A stretch of DNA of 64,000 bases from Polymyxa betae A26-41 (GCA_003693705.1 RBZT01000751.1:62001-126000); one strand, 5' to 3'. Numbered from the stretch's first letter, positions 12,404-24,984 are shown. Notes: generated from the letters alone by a model not told the origin. A program made the numbers and translations.

Positions 12404-14670
12404 ATGGACGATCTTGAGGTGAAATTGATGCCGGGTTTTCCGATAGGCTAGGCAATAGATGCAAATGGACTCCCTTGGCACTGAGGTTGATGAACCAGAT
12501 TTAACAGCCGTTATCCGAATTGGATTACTGACAGTGGCCATCATCTTAGCCTTCATTCAAAAAAGAATTGAAAGTGTGTTAAAAAAACGCCCCGAGCATA
12601 TGGAGCTTTTAGAAAATTTATATCGAGAGCTGTCAACTGGTGCTTTAATATCAATGACATTGTATCTGATAGAGAGCAGCAACATTGTCTCCAGATACAG
12701 CACTGATGTGGAGGAATCGCTAGAGAATCTTCATAAGGTATTCTCGATAGGAATTATTATCTACATGATGATGTGTGCCACAATTATGATGCTCCTTAAA
12801 ATTGTCATTACCTTCTGGAAGGGCTGGGATTTGAAAACCATTCAATCTGAAGTAAATGAACTGACGACACTGCTGAACCTGCATCCTAACAACAGATTTC
12901 GAATTTGGATAACTCGGATAAGACTCGCCTGGCTGATGTACCGCGAAATTTTTCTGATGCATTTCGTTGTCAATGGAGAAAACGACAATCCTAGCGGCAG
13001 TTTTGCATACGTTAGGTATCTGAGGATGGCAATATACGAAGTCAGTCTGCAGTTAACCGATATTCGAGCTACTGCAGCTATTGTGATCCTGTTCATCATC
13101 GCTTTCAGATGGGCCCGAGTTCGATTGCTGTATTTGATAGCCGACGCTGGAACATTTGGGGCGATCATATGGGAGTTTGGCAGCCTTTTGTATATGATTC
13201 ATGTCAATCATCGATTGAGTTTTATCAATTGCAATTTTATGATCGACACCAATCGATTCACAAAAGAAAACCTCTCTGCGTTCCAAGTAAAGGTCCAACA
13301 ATTCGAGCTGAAAGAAGTTGTCCAAGCTCACGATACTGAACGACACCGGATTGTTATCGATCCGCCAGGTGCTTACCAGACCCGTCAGCAGATAATAACT
13401 ACTATACATGAAGTAATTCAGTCACCAGCAACAAGATACCTTTTTGACCGGTGGCTTAGTACAAAACAAAGTCGACCTTGGCGAAAAACAAGCGCGTGAT
13501 GCCGGTCACCGATCTATCAGCCAAAACTGACATGATAGTTCGCAAGGCAGCCTTAAAGGTTTAATTTTTATACCGAGCAGTTTCGTATGCTGAAGCGCTG
13601 GGACAGTTCAGAAAACGACGCCGCTCTCTGGTGAAAAAATGGAATCTGGTGAAAGTCGGGAGGGTTGCCCTAATTCACTTAGTAAAGCATTACCCATTCC
13701 TCAGACTTCGAGAGTGAGTGCCCATTAGAGAATTCATTGCGCTTATTGATCGTCGTCTGTTAGTTGCTGAGTTCTTACCAGAGCTCATCCAAGAGCTCAT
13801 CGTCTAGGAGCGGCGAGGAGCCTTACGATGAGCACAAACCGCTGAAGAATTTCGAACAGCCGAAGCTGCCACTTTGTGTCGTCGCTCGGCTGGCTGTGCT
13901 CCGAAGCCAAGCAAAGAAACGAAGGGGCAGGCAAAAACCTTCGCCAAGGGATCATTCCTCAGCCGCAGAATCGAATATCAGGCAACAATCTTTGCCACCA
14001 CATCGTTCTTCGGCAGGAGAATCAAAGGGATCAAGTCGCGATAGTAGTCAACAAGGATATCGGAACAGCCCCAGACGCAGCTTGAAGAAATCAGAGGAGC
14101 GCACTATGATTCACGAGCTGGAGCAGAAAAGGATGATGTCACTGAAAGAAAGAATGGATAGCGATAGTATGTCGCTGAAATCAGTAAGAAGGAGTTCTGC
14201 TGCAACTACCAGATCTTCCCACTACACAATGGAGCTAATATCTTCATTTGGTGGTGCAAAACTTGAACATGGGCGATCAACAGACTTGGTCAACGCTCTG
14301 AAATGGTGGGCCTGTCCCGGTCCAAATGGGCTTTTGGCTATTTTGCATGAGATTATCATTGTCGACTCTATTGCAGCTGGCGTGGTGCTTTATCTTTTTA
14401 TAACAGCTCCTACTGCAAGTTTGCTGATTATTGCTGTTCCAATTGCCGCAAAATTTCTACTCGCTCCGTTACTGTTGCAGTATTTCACAATGGCAACGTC
14501 TTCAGGACCACTAGCACGTGTCGAGCTTATTGTCTTGTACGTTCTCACAATGGTTAAAAAAAATCATTGATATCCAGTTTAGGGCAATCCATCAAAAACT
14601 GGAGGAAGACGCCATCGTTAACTTCGCTGAAGATGCAACAAGGAATGAAGCTGCAACTGTACGTTCCTAA
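12404..14670 (+). CDS. MLO-like multi-pass membrane protein B, multi-exon, paralog of A
   Basis: ELLENLYRELSTGALISMTL, SLENLHKVF, WKGWD, WLMYREIFL, FAYVRYLRMAI, KWWACPG..LLAILH, YFTMATSSGPL; shares final intron and AIHQKLEE tail with A. Confidence 0.72.
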
Positions 14671-14964
14671 TTATATACCTTAGAGCTTGGCACAAGTAGT
14701 GTCGGAGTACCAAACAAGAATGTATATAAAGCCTTAAATTGCATATTCCGATGATATCGTCAACTTGGCAGTAGGCACTGATCGAAATTCCGATTTATTC
14801 ACGATGCAGCTCGCCAGTGGCAAAACCCGATTACGGAATTTTCGAGTTTCAGGTCCGGGTCGTCGGTAAATTAATGACAGAAATTGCGAGCCTGACTTGT
14901 CTATCAGCGACCCTGATCGCTGGAGATTTCTGACCTTTAGTGGCCAGATCTATTTTCTGTCACT

Positions 14965-15435
14965 ATGGGTCGCTGCAAGTTAAAAATCGAACAGATCAAG
15001 GATTCCAAGAAGCGGGCAACCTGCTTCCGTAAGCGGGCCCAAGGTCTTTTAAAGAAAGTAGAAGAGCTTTCGATTCTTTGCAATTGCCAGCTGGCACTTG
15101 TCATTGTAAGTGAGAACAAAACCGTCGTGTCGTTCTCCACCGGTGAAGTTGACTCCATTCTCAATGAAGCAAGACGGATTCATTCCATGAACGAAATGTA
15201 TAATAACCCGTCGCCTGTCGTCGCCTCAGAATGCCGACCAGAGCATATCGCTCCGCCGTATATGCCCCAGTACTACGACGGCTTAGGCATGATGGGATCA
15301 GAGGAAGTCAGGAACGAAGCGCCCTCTGGCGCTATCCCAGCCATTCCTATCAACGACATTGACTTTACACCAAGGCAACCAGATTCATTACCGCCTGCCC
15401 AGCTGCAAATGCCCTATCCATTCTCGTCTTTGTGA
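14965..15435 (+). CDS. MADS-box transcription factor, MEF2/type II-like, intronless
   Basis: MGRCKLKIEQIKDSKKRATCFRKRAQGLLKKVEELSILCNCQLALVIVS at the extreme N-terminus. Confidence 0.92.
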   Translation: MGRCKLKIEQIKDSKKRATCFRKRAQGLLKKVEELSILCNCQLALVIVSENKTVVSFSTGEVDSILNEARRIHSMNEMYNNPSPVVASECRPEHIAPPYMPQYYDGLGMMGSEEVRNEAPSGAIPAIPINDIDFTPRQPDSLPPAQLQMPYPFSSL

Positions 15436-16858
15436 CGCCAAGATTCCTGTGGATCATGTAATTTAAGTATAAATTATTTTAATGTTTGCATCTCCACTTC
15501 GCCACTTCCAATAAAATCTAAAAATACACCCTCCGTGAGTGTGTAGAAGTTCATGACTTACAGCAGATTTCCAAAATCATGCTCTCATCTTTCAAATGTT
15601 TGGAAATTGATGGTTCATAAAAGCTGGGAGAGTTAACAGTGCTCGCAGGGTCACGATGTTGCTGGCCGCTCAGAAGTACAAACCGCCCAAACGGTCAGCT
15701 TTGAAGAGCCGGAACAGAAGGTATCTTACGAAAATGTGATGATTTGCTGCTGTAGATGATTTCTGTGTAGCCGCTCTCCTCCGGGATCGTAAACCTCGAA
15801 TTCCAGTCTTGAATGCTGGATTGAAGTTTGGGGTTTATGAGATTCTAAGGGCGTCCTACGTCCCTTTTCAGAGCTGGCAGTATTTCACCCATACATAGAA
15901 CTTGATATTTGCAATGGTACAGAGCCACAATCGGCTTTATGGCGAAACACAAATACCTCTGATCGTTATTGACGAGAGGGTGTTGTCAGGCACGTTTCTG
16001 TTCGCCCTTGCAATCCATATTTCACCCAACCGCTCCGGAACTGCTGGATAGGTTACATGGCCATTTTGTTACAAATACTTGATACATATCAGCAGATTGT
16101 TGGTTTAAAACGTTGTTAGGGCTGAATCATCTCCATGATTGGGTCCGAAACTTAACAGAGCTCTATGTGAGTAGTGCTGCTGTTGTCAGCGAAGGGGCCT
16201 TTTTAAGTTATTTCTATTATCAGTTCAGTCTAAATTGGATGCCACTTTGAGCCTTCAAATGCCTTTCTTTCAGGAAAAAACCAACAAGATTTCTTAAGAC
16301 TCAGCGGTTTGCTAGTTGGAATTAGGTGTTTCTAACATACTTGAAATGAAATTGATAAAATATGTATCAGACAATTTAGCTCTCGACTGACTTCTCGGGC
16401 CATCTAGTTCATGTAAGGGTTGAAAGAAACGAATTAATCCATTAACAATGGACCCGGGCTGCTGCCGTTGGAAACTCAAACGTTGGTTGACATATCCAGC
16501 TCCAATCTCAGACGGATATCTTCCGCTTAATGACACTGGTCGCATCCATCGAAGATGTTTTTAGCCAGCAGATACAGGAGATTGAGCATGACAGTAAGTT
16601 TACACGGAACTTGGCGCTTTCAAATATTCGAGAAGAATCATGTTATTTTAATGTCGGAAAATGGACAGTTCTAGAAAACAAGCCATAATCGTAATTGTAC
16701 AATAGCCCTCAAGATGATGCTCAAGATTCTTATAATGACAGTATTGATTGCACATTCAGTCCAACAAGGTAGGATTGGATGATAACCACTACTCATGAAA
16801 CTTAAGATTCATAGGAAGGGCTCAACTTCAAATCAATATCGGAGAATTAATAGGTACT

Positions 16859-17545
16859 TTGAAAGCATCTGCAGTGTTAAATGCTTCCATTTCCAACCCT
16901 GTACTTTTTCAACCACATGTTTCAGCCATTTCGAACAAATCGTATTCGTCAACAGCAAAGATTTTGTTAAATATGTCGACAGACCCCGGCCCTAGACCGA
17001 CTAAACTTGGTGACATCGCAAAGGTCACACCATCGATCTCAAGCGTTGTAAGCTCCAGCGTCACATCATCAGACCCTACTTCAATCCCTACAAATCAACC
17101 GAACACAAGTGAAACTCCATCGCCAAGTTCTGTTATACCGACGACCAGTTCTATATCGTTAATTCCGACTAGATCTCTAAAACCTTCAACTAATCGTACA
17201 ACGGCCGCAACGAGCCCTGCTAGGACAACTAGCCTTGCAACATCGCAGCCGTCAACAACTGAAGCAATCGGGGCGATTGGTTCTTCTAGCGCGCCGAGTC
17301 CGAATGCAACCGATGCCAATCAGAACGTAACTTCACCCCCAGAAACAATAGTTCGTAACAGCACAGCACCAACAAAAAGGACTGAGCCGACATCGTTCAG
17401 TACTACAGCGCCCAACGACAATCGGCAAATCCTCCAACCAGCAACATTATCTCCAGTGAAAATAGCCAATATAGATAGTAAGAACACCGCTACAACGGCG
17501 TCATTGTCACTGCTGCTTCTCTTCGCTTTACTGCTTCACCTATGA
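16859..17545 (+). CDS. Ser/Thr/Pro-rich mucin-like surface protein with a GPI-type C-terminus (terminal exon; 5' end not resolved)
   Basis: S/T/P-rich tract with N-x-S/T sequons ending in SKNTATTASLSLLLLFALLLHL*; no ATG plus signal peptide found in frame. Confidence 0.65.
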   Translation: MKASAVLNASISNPVLFQPHVSAISNKSYSSTAKILLNMSTDPGPRPTKLGDIAKVTPSISSVVSSSVTSSDPTSIPTNQPNTSETPSPSSVIPTTSSISLIPTRSLKPSTNRTTAATSPARTTSLATSQPSTTEAIGAIGSSSAPSPNATDANQNVTSPPETIVRNSTAPTKRTEPTSFSTTAPNDNRQILQPATLSPVKIANIDSKNTATTASLSLLLLFALLLHL

Positions 17546-17611
17546 ATATGTCTTTAAAATTCATTGTTACATTTGCATAAATTTTAAAGTCCATGGAAAA
17601 CATGGGAAAAC

Positions 17612-17984
17612 TTATAATCCTTGTTTTTCGAGGGATGGGCGAAATAGGACAGTTTGTTTCCAGTTCTCGGCTCGAGCGATTTCATCCCGAATTGCTTGAA
17701 AGACCTCGTTAGCGTTATGCTTTACTGCGTCAAGCTCCATCGTTTGCCCTTCGGCAAAATTAACCTATCTAATATTTTATAAAGCATACCAAGAAGAAGC
17801 ATCGATCTACTTTAATGGTAGGATGCAATCCCATTCCAATCTCGCTTTTAACGATCAGTTCCTGGGTTTTAAGCTTCTTGCTCGACAAACGACGCAGCAC
17901 TTCCCGGGCGCATTGTGACCTGCTATGAAGCATATCGAACGAGATGACAATCTCCTTCACTCCTCGAAGCAGCGATGATGACAT
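17612..17984 (-). CDS. mitochondrial ribosomal protein mL53-like, 2 exons
   Basis: VKEIVISFDMLHSRSQCAREVL ... PTIKVD|FAEGQTMELDA matches the size and pattern of mL53/Mrpl44. Confidence 0.65.
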
Positions 17985-18376
17985 GATCTCGCAATATAAT
18001 GCTCGGGGTTATCTAAGCGGTTACCTGCAAACGCAATTTGACAAAGCTCATTGGCTTCTCTTCCAGTTGAAATACGATTTCAAAAACTGATAGCAAAGTT
18101 TTCGCTTATCAGTATTATTCGAAAAGGGTTTCGCGATCTTATGTTTGACAGGAACTTCTGTATAATAGGCTGTATAATATCGATTCGATGACTCCCAGTA
18201 CATAACTTAGCTATCGATTCCCCCAGTTGTAGTGAATTTGAGAGTACGATCTGAGAATTCGTCATTTATAAAAGTTCAATTTGGTAAGACTCTAGAGAAG
18301 TTCCTTCACTCTCGGAGGCGGAGCGGTGCTCCCGGCACATAGTGTTCTACCAGTATCACTTGTCAGTATCATACCG

Positions 18377-21368
18377 ATGGCTGCCAATATGACAATCAAC
18401 GCCTTCCGGAAGCACTGCCTCAGGTCGCTAAACGGGTCCATTTCTGCCGCCTCTGCCCTATGCAAGCGAGTTGGAGTTCAGGAAGACATCTCCACGAAGC
18501 TACAAAGCGGTTCGCTTGGTGAAATCTATCGCCGACAAGACGTCTGACGAGTGCAATAGTGCAAGGCGATGATTATGTTCAGGCACTTTTAACGTCGTTG
18601 AGTTCGGTGTCTCTCGAAGATTTCGACAATGCTGTTCGCGATTCGGCTCCCCTGTCGTCTTATAGTAGACTTCGATTCGATCTGACTGCTACTGCTCTTG
18701 AAGCCCTTGCTGATGAAGTTATCACCCGCTCGAAACAAATTGAAGATTCAGTGGCCAATGTTCCAGCTGGTATTTGCGCGTTCAACGATCTAATTCGTAT
18801 TCAATGTTGCAAATGTACAGGTAAACATACATTTGAGAATACGGTTCTGGCGTTGGCAAATCAAGAAATGCTTTTGGCTCCAATTATATCTAGTGCCGAT
18901 TTTATGCAACATGTTCATGCTAATAAGGAGATTCGAGACGCTTCTTCGTCTGCTGATAAGAAAATTACTTCGTACTCAGGTACGTCCAATCATAGATATG
19001 CTTTCTGCAAGGGGCCTGATTACGATCAATTTCTTAGTTGAGAGTGGAATGCGAAAAGATGTTTTTGATTCACTGCTGTCGTACCACGACTCGGTCAAAG
19101 CAAATGGAATCTCTTTGGACCCGGAAAGTAAACGTTTGTTAGAACGATACATTCGTGATTTCCGCCGCAATGGACTCGAGCTTGATGAAGGAACTAGAGA
19201 AAAGTCGGTGAAGTCCATTTCCAGCTCTGATTTTTCACAATTGTTTGCAGAGTGCAAAAGATTCAGAAGGAGATCGCCGACTTGCAAATTCAGTTCCAGC
19301 GCAATCTCGGGGAAGAAGACACTAAATTTGTAATTTCGCCATTCCTGTCGATTGTTACATTTTTACTCTGTGAAACAGACGTTTACAACTGAGGAGCTGG
19401 AGGGGATGTCACAAGACTTCATTTCCAAGTTAACTCCAGTGCCTGATAAACCCGGCACATTCTACGTCTCCTTGAAATATCCTGAATATGTTCCCGTCAT
19501 GAAGATCTGCAAAGTCGAAGAAACCCGCCGTAAACTTGAATTTGCTTTCAACAGTCGATGTATCAAAGAAAATTCCCCAATATTGGATCGTCTTTGCACG
19601 TTGCGTCACGAGAAAGCTAATCTTTTAGGTTATCCTGACCATGCTTCATATATTCTTGATATTCGCATGGCGAAATCACCTGCTGCGGTTAAAGAGGCAA
19701 GATATCCAGTTTATTGCTCCGCTATAGCTGATAATATTTCAGTTTCTGGAGAAGCTAAACGAACGGCTGGAGCCGTTGGCTGCTAAAGAATTGGCTGAGC
19801 TGCTTGAACTCAAGAAGAAAGAAAAGGCGGAAAGGAACGAGCCGTTTGATGGGCGAATCAACATGTGGGATTTCTCGTACTACCTGAGCCAAAGAGTAAT
19901 AGAATTTTACAACAACTTCGGTTGAGCTTACATTGCTTGACGAATTAGGAAAAACTCAAATATGACATTGACCATGAAGCGTTGAAGTCATACTTCCCCC
20001 TCCCTGTCGTTCTCAAGGGCATGTTCGACATCTATCAGCAACTTCTTTCTCTCAAGTTCAGCGAGGTATATCTCTACAGATTCGCACGGTTCATTCTGAT
20101 TTCATTCATTCAGGTTCCCAATGCTCCCGCTTGGCACGAAGATGTTCAGATGTATGCTGTCCATGACTCAAAGAGCAGCTCTCTTGTTGGGTACTTTTAC
20201 CTAGATTTGCATCCTCGAGACGGTATGCTGTGTAACAATATTTGGTTATTTCTGAGCGGGTAGTCAGGCAAATACGGTCATGCGGCTGTATTTGGCCTAC
20301 AACCTCAGTGTGGCAAGAGTAGCGAATCACCTCAGATTCCTGTGGCAGCAATGGTTGCGAACTTCTCAAAATCGTCGGCCAGCTCTCCTTCCTTATTAAG
20401 GCACCAGGAAGTTGTCACGCTTTTCCATGAATTCGGTACCTTCTTTTATTTCATGATTCCTTCACTCCCAGCTTATCTCAATTGTCAGGCCACGTTATGC
20501 ACCAGCTCTGCTCAAATGTAGAGTACGCCAAATTCTCGGGAACTCGAGTCGAGCGCGATTTTGTTGGTATATAATTGTTTATTGCAAAAACACGACTTGT
20601 TTGTTTAACTCAGATTCATAGAATGTCCTTCGCAAATGCTAGAAAACTGGTGTTGGGAGGCAGTTCCTTTAGCTTTTCTTTCCAGTCACATTGATGATGG
20701 TTCCAAAATCCCTGATGATTTGCTGAAAAAGTTAGCAGCAAGTAAAACCGCCAACGCCGGATTGACGGAAAAACGACAGGTAATCTGTAGATTCTTTTCG
20801 TGCCCTTCCTTTATCGCTGAACGCATCTCAGATTCTCTTTGGCCTTTTCGATCAGTTCATTCACTCTCGCCCTGCTTCTGACACTCAAGCTGTCTACGCT
20901 GAATTCCAGGTTGGACCGAACCAAATCTAGGTCGTTGCAGCCGTTGAATGGTTTTGTAGGAGAAAATATTCGGCATTCCAGTCACTCCAGGCACCAACTT
21001 TGCAGCTTCGTTCGGTCATTTAGCTGGTGGCTACGACAGTCAATATTATGTAAGTTCAGCCACCACGACTTTGATCTGAACGATTAATTGCACCGTTTTA
21101 GGGATACATGTAAGTTTCCATGTTCAGCATAGATCGACTCACCTGAAAGCTACTGAACGACAGGTGGAGCTCGGTGTATTCTTGTGACATGTTCGCATCG
21201 AAGTTCCAAGAGGGTCGCTTACTTGATCCGAAAGCAGGGGACGATTATCGCAAGATGATCTTGGCTGCTGGTGGGTCCAGGGACGCCATCGATAGCGTCA
21301 AAGAATTCCTTGGTCGTGAGCCTAACCAAACCGCTTTTTTGAAGGCGAAAGGTTTGCTGGTCGATTGA
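18377..21368 (+). CDS. M3A metallo-oligopeptidase (thimet oligopeptidase/neurolysin-like), many exons
   Basis: [21 protein letters not shown]|GHVMH zinc motif, [38 protein letters not shown]. Confidence 0.95.
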
Positions 21369-21405
21369 TTGTAATTAGCCGGTGCTTCCTGTAATTCAAT
21401 ACACC

Positions 21406-21449
21406 CTATAAGTTGGATTGAATCCTTCTATAACTTGGATTGAATCCTT
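21406..21449. repeat. 22-bp tandem duplication just downstream of the M3 peptidase stop
   Basis: CTATAA(G/C)TTGGATTGAATCCTT x2. Confidence 0.85.
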
Positions 21450-21585
21450 CTGATTTTGAACGATAGCTTCAGTTGAAGTTCTGAAAGATTGCAAGCTAAA
21501 ATGGCCTCAGAAAGTTGCGTTTTGAATTCGTTATTACCTTGCGGAGACCGCTGATTCTTGATTACATTTTCGTCCAGTCGTCGAG

Positions 21586-22293
21586 ATGGCTACTGCCGAG
21601 GATGACATCATCACTTCCCTGCTTCCGCTTGGATTCACAGAGTAATGTCATTCCAGGTGAACTGTTGTCATTCTAAGTCGAATGTTGTTAGGAGTCAGAT
21701 TCGTGCTGCTTGGCGCTTAAGTGGCGAAAGTGGCGCCGATGCCACTGCTGAGTATTTGTTGAATAATCCGGACGATGTCATCGCGTTGGCAGAAAGCAAT
21801 CTGAACCTGGCGGAAAGCAGTGTTAATCGTAATCTCATTAATGTTGAATGCAAATTGGTTCTGGTTGTCCAATCGGATCTGAATATGACTCCTGGGAAAG
21901 TTGCCTCACAATGTGCTCATGCCGCTCTTGCTGCTTATCGCCAAGCCCACTCAGTGAGCTACCATATCGTTGGCTATTTCGTCTTGCTCATGTTTTTATA
22001 CAGGATGTTTATTTAAATATGTGGCTTGATCAGGGCGAACCGATTATCGTCTGCAAAACCTCCAAAGGCACATCATTGCACTCTTTAGAAAGCGATTGCA
22101 TAGATGCTGGCATTCGTTGCAAAATAATCAATGTTTGTGTCATGTAATTTGGCATCGAAGATTTTCTCATAAATATCTCTAGGATGCTGGAAGGACGCAG
22201 GTACAATCTGGTTCTGCTACAGTAATTGCTATCGGCCCTGCTCCTAGCCAGGAAATCGATCGTATCACTGCTCGGTTACGGCTGTTGGCGTAG
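21586..22293 (+). CDS. PTH2: peptidyl-tRNA hydrolase 2 with an N-terminal UBA-like segment
   Basis: [54 protein letters not shown]. Confidence 0.92.
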
Positions 22294-22362
22294 TTCCGAT
22301 TTATAACCAAATCTATCTACAATTTCATCGCCACTAAATCGATCATAATATGTAGAGCTTCT

Positions 22363-22588
22363 TCTCTTGCCTAAAATGGTGGTTTCAAAGCAGTGGAACG
22401 ATTTTCTTCTCTTGACATCTTTATTGTTATTTGTTCACCAACCGCATTTGCGATAATTGCGTGCAATCCAGCACATCTCTTGCCTAAAATGGTGGTCTCA
22501 AAGCAGTGGAACGATTTTCTTCTCTTGACATCTTTATTGTTATTTGTTCACCAACCGCATTTGCGATAATTGCGTGCAATCCAGCACA
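22363..22588. repeat. 113-bp direct tandem duplication
   Basis: 22363-22475 and 22476-22588 are identical except one substitution (GGTTTC vs GGTCTC). Confidence 0.92.
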
Positions 22589-22595
22589 AGCTTGA

Positions 22596-23196
22596 GAGGC
22601 TGTTTCAAGTAAATAGACTCCGTGTCGCAATAGAGACTTCCACCAATCAGATTGCGTCTTGCTCTGTTTCTAGCTCTATTGCGGAAATTGATCTCCGTGA
22701 GGTCAATTTCCGAAATAGAGCTCTATTTCAGTTCCAATCTCGCAATAAAACAATCATTTTCTCATGGATCCAACGACTGCTGCCATCGTTTCAGGGACTC
22801 TCGTCGCTTCTCTGACATGCTTGGCAGGTGCGGCTGTGGTATGGGCTTCTCAGCCACACCGCGATGGCAGCTCATGGCGTCGGCCACGTTCGACGAGATC
22901 TGCAATTAGAAGAAACCAGTTTGTTATTGCTGACGCTAACCATCACCTGTATGATGGATGGTTCCGTGATACGTTTCGCTGTTCATGGGGCTCGTTTATC
23001 CCAATCGTCCGGCTTATCGAAGACGAGTGGGAGGCTACTTCTCAATTTTTTTATTTCTGCACAATTGCGAAGCCCTACAGTTACGCAATAAAATCTGCGC
23101 CAGTGTCGCACTTATCTGCTCTATTTCTCTGCCAGGATCTACTTGGGACATCAATTTCACGCAATTGCGCTAGCTCTATATACTTGGAACAGCCTC
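22596..23196 (+). mobile_element. non-autonomous PIF/Harbinger element, 601 bp, internally deleted
   Basis: 22-bp TIRs GAGGCTGTT(T/C)CAAGTA(A/T)ATAGA (20/22 match); 3-bp TSD TGA on both sides; internal ORF with WFRDTFRCSWGSFIPIVRLIE, typical of the Harbinger transposase N-terminus. Confidence 0.85.
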
Positions 23197-23474
23197 TGAA
23201 TGTGGTTCATTTTTCCCCAAATTCTTGAACAGTCGGCCTCATTGCTGCATTACCTTTTTTATAGAGGGTTGTTACTGTTTTGCTTTTTTCAGGTCGTTTC
23301 AGATATGGAACGTATTAAATGAGAAATCATGCTACGTAGCCCAGACAAAATTTTTATTGAAAAATTGCCGAAAAGATCCTGAATTTTCTGAAAAAGTTGC
23401 GCTGCAGCCTCCGATGATCGGTCATTTAGATTTCATCGTTCAGATCTCCCTCTGCGCGTCATTGATTCTCGATC

Positions 23475-24775
23475 ATGAACGCTCCCGCCTCGACCGCTGT
23501 TGCCGCACCCATCCACGACCCATTCAAGGTTTCTCTTGTGCCAGAATGTCCTGAATGCGGCCCCTGTGGAATGGGCGGCGATCGGGTTGTTCTGGACTCG
23601 TCGGGCGGCAAATGGGTCTGCATCGACTGTGGCTTGGTAGCTGGCGAGCGTCTTATTACAGATGAGAGTGAATGGAGAACATTTAGCAATGACCACGGAG
23701 CCGGAAATGACGATCGAAATCGAATTGGTATACGAGTATTGCGTTTATGAGAAAAATACCTTTCCAATTATTTGCTCACAAATTGGAATTGTGATAAGCG
23801 GCTGTTTATTTGGCATTGCTCAATATGAACTATTTAGGTGGGCCTGACAATCCATTATTCGAGGATCGTGAATTAACCTCTGGAATTGCACTTGACTCCT
23901 CTAATATGTACGTTCTTTTCTATGGAATTTCCGCTTATAAACGTCATAATTGTGGTTTGAGTTTCATCCGCCAAATTCATGATACCTATTGTGTTTCGCT
24001 CTAGGAGCTCTGCTCTTGGAAAATGGCAAAGTATGGCTTCTGGGAGACATAGCGAGCGATCCTTGATCGAAGGTTTCGAAGAGATCAGCGAATTTGCTCA
24101 TAGAATGGATCTAAGCGACTCTGTCCAATTACGCGCTAAAGAAATTTTTAAACAGATGCACGAATCCAAAGTCCTACGTGGGCGGAATCGTTTGCTGATC
24201 GTCACGGCTTGCCTATTTGTGGCGTGTCGTGATGAAAACGTGGATCGATCCCGAAAGGAGATGTGCCGCGTATAAGCTTTTTTCAATCGGTCGGGTTTGC
24301 TATGTTCACAGCTTTCTCTCTCTAGGTCACAGATATCGATCTACGAGATCTTGGACGTGTCGTTCAGAAGATTCTCAAACATCAGCGGTCAGCTCCACAA
24401 ACGCCACGATTGCTGTCCGCCCCCAAGCCGAAGAATCAACCTACCTCAGCCGTTGCTGTTTTCCTAAACCGGTTCTGTTCGCTGCTGAATTTGAAACAAA
24501 GCGTCATTAACGCTGTCGCTACCATCTCGAATCGTGTCGATCAGATGGGCCTTCTTACTGGTCGGAATCCTGCTACATGTGCCTGTGCATGTATCTATCT
24601 CGTGTCATTGCTGAAAGAGGAGACCAAGAGGTCTGTCAATGATATCGCTGATGTTGCAGCTATCGCAGCCAGTACAGTTCGTGCCGGTTATAAAACCCTG
24701 TATCCATATCGTTTCGAAATTGTCCCGAAATCATATGTGGACCGAGCTGCTATCGAGGCGCTCCCAAATGCTTAA
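23475..24775 (+). CDS. SUA7: transcription initiation factor TFIIB, multi-exon
   Basis: zinc ribbon CPEC...CIDCGLV, B-reader ESEWRTFSND, two cyclin folds (ACLFVACR, GRNPATCACACIYL). Confidence 0.95.
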
Positions 24776-24984
24776 TCACATTTATTATTATTCATATAAA
24801 AAGGGTTGATCTATATTAATATACTACATTATTTTTGCATTCGTTTGGGACTCTTAATTTATATCCGATGTTGTTACGAATCCAAAGCTAACTTGTAATC
24901 GTTTTGCATTTTCCAGAAGAATTTGGTGCAAGAAATCTTCAATTGCGAAGCCCGCACGTCTGGCTATTACAGACACCACCAGCA

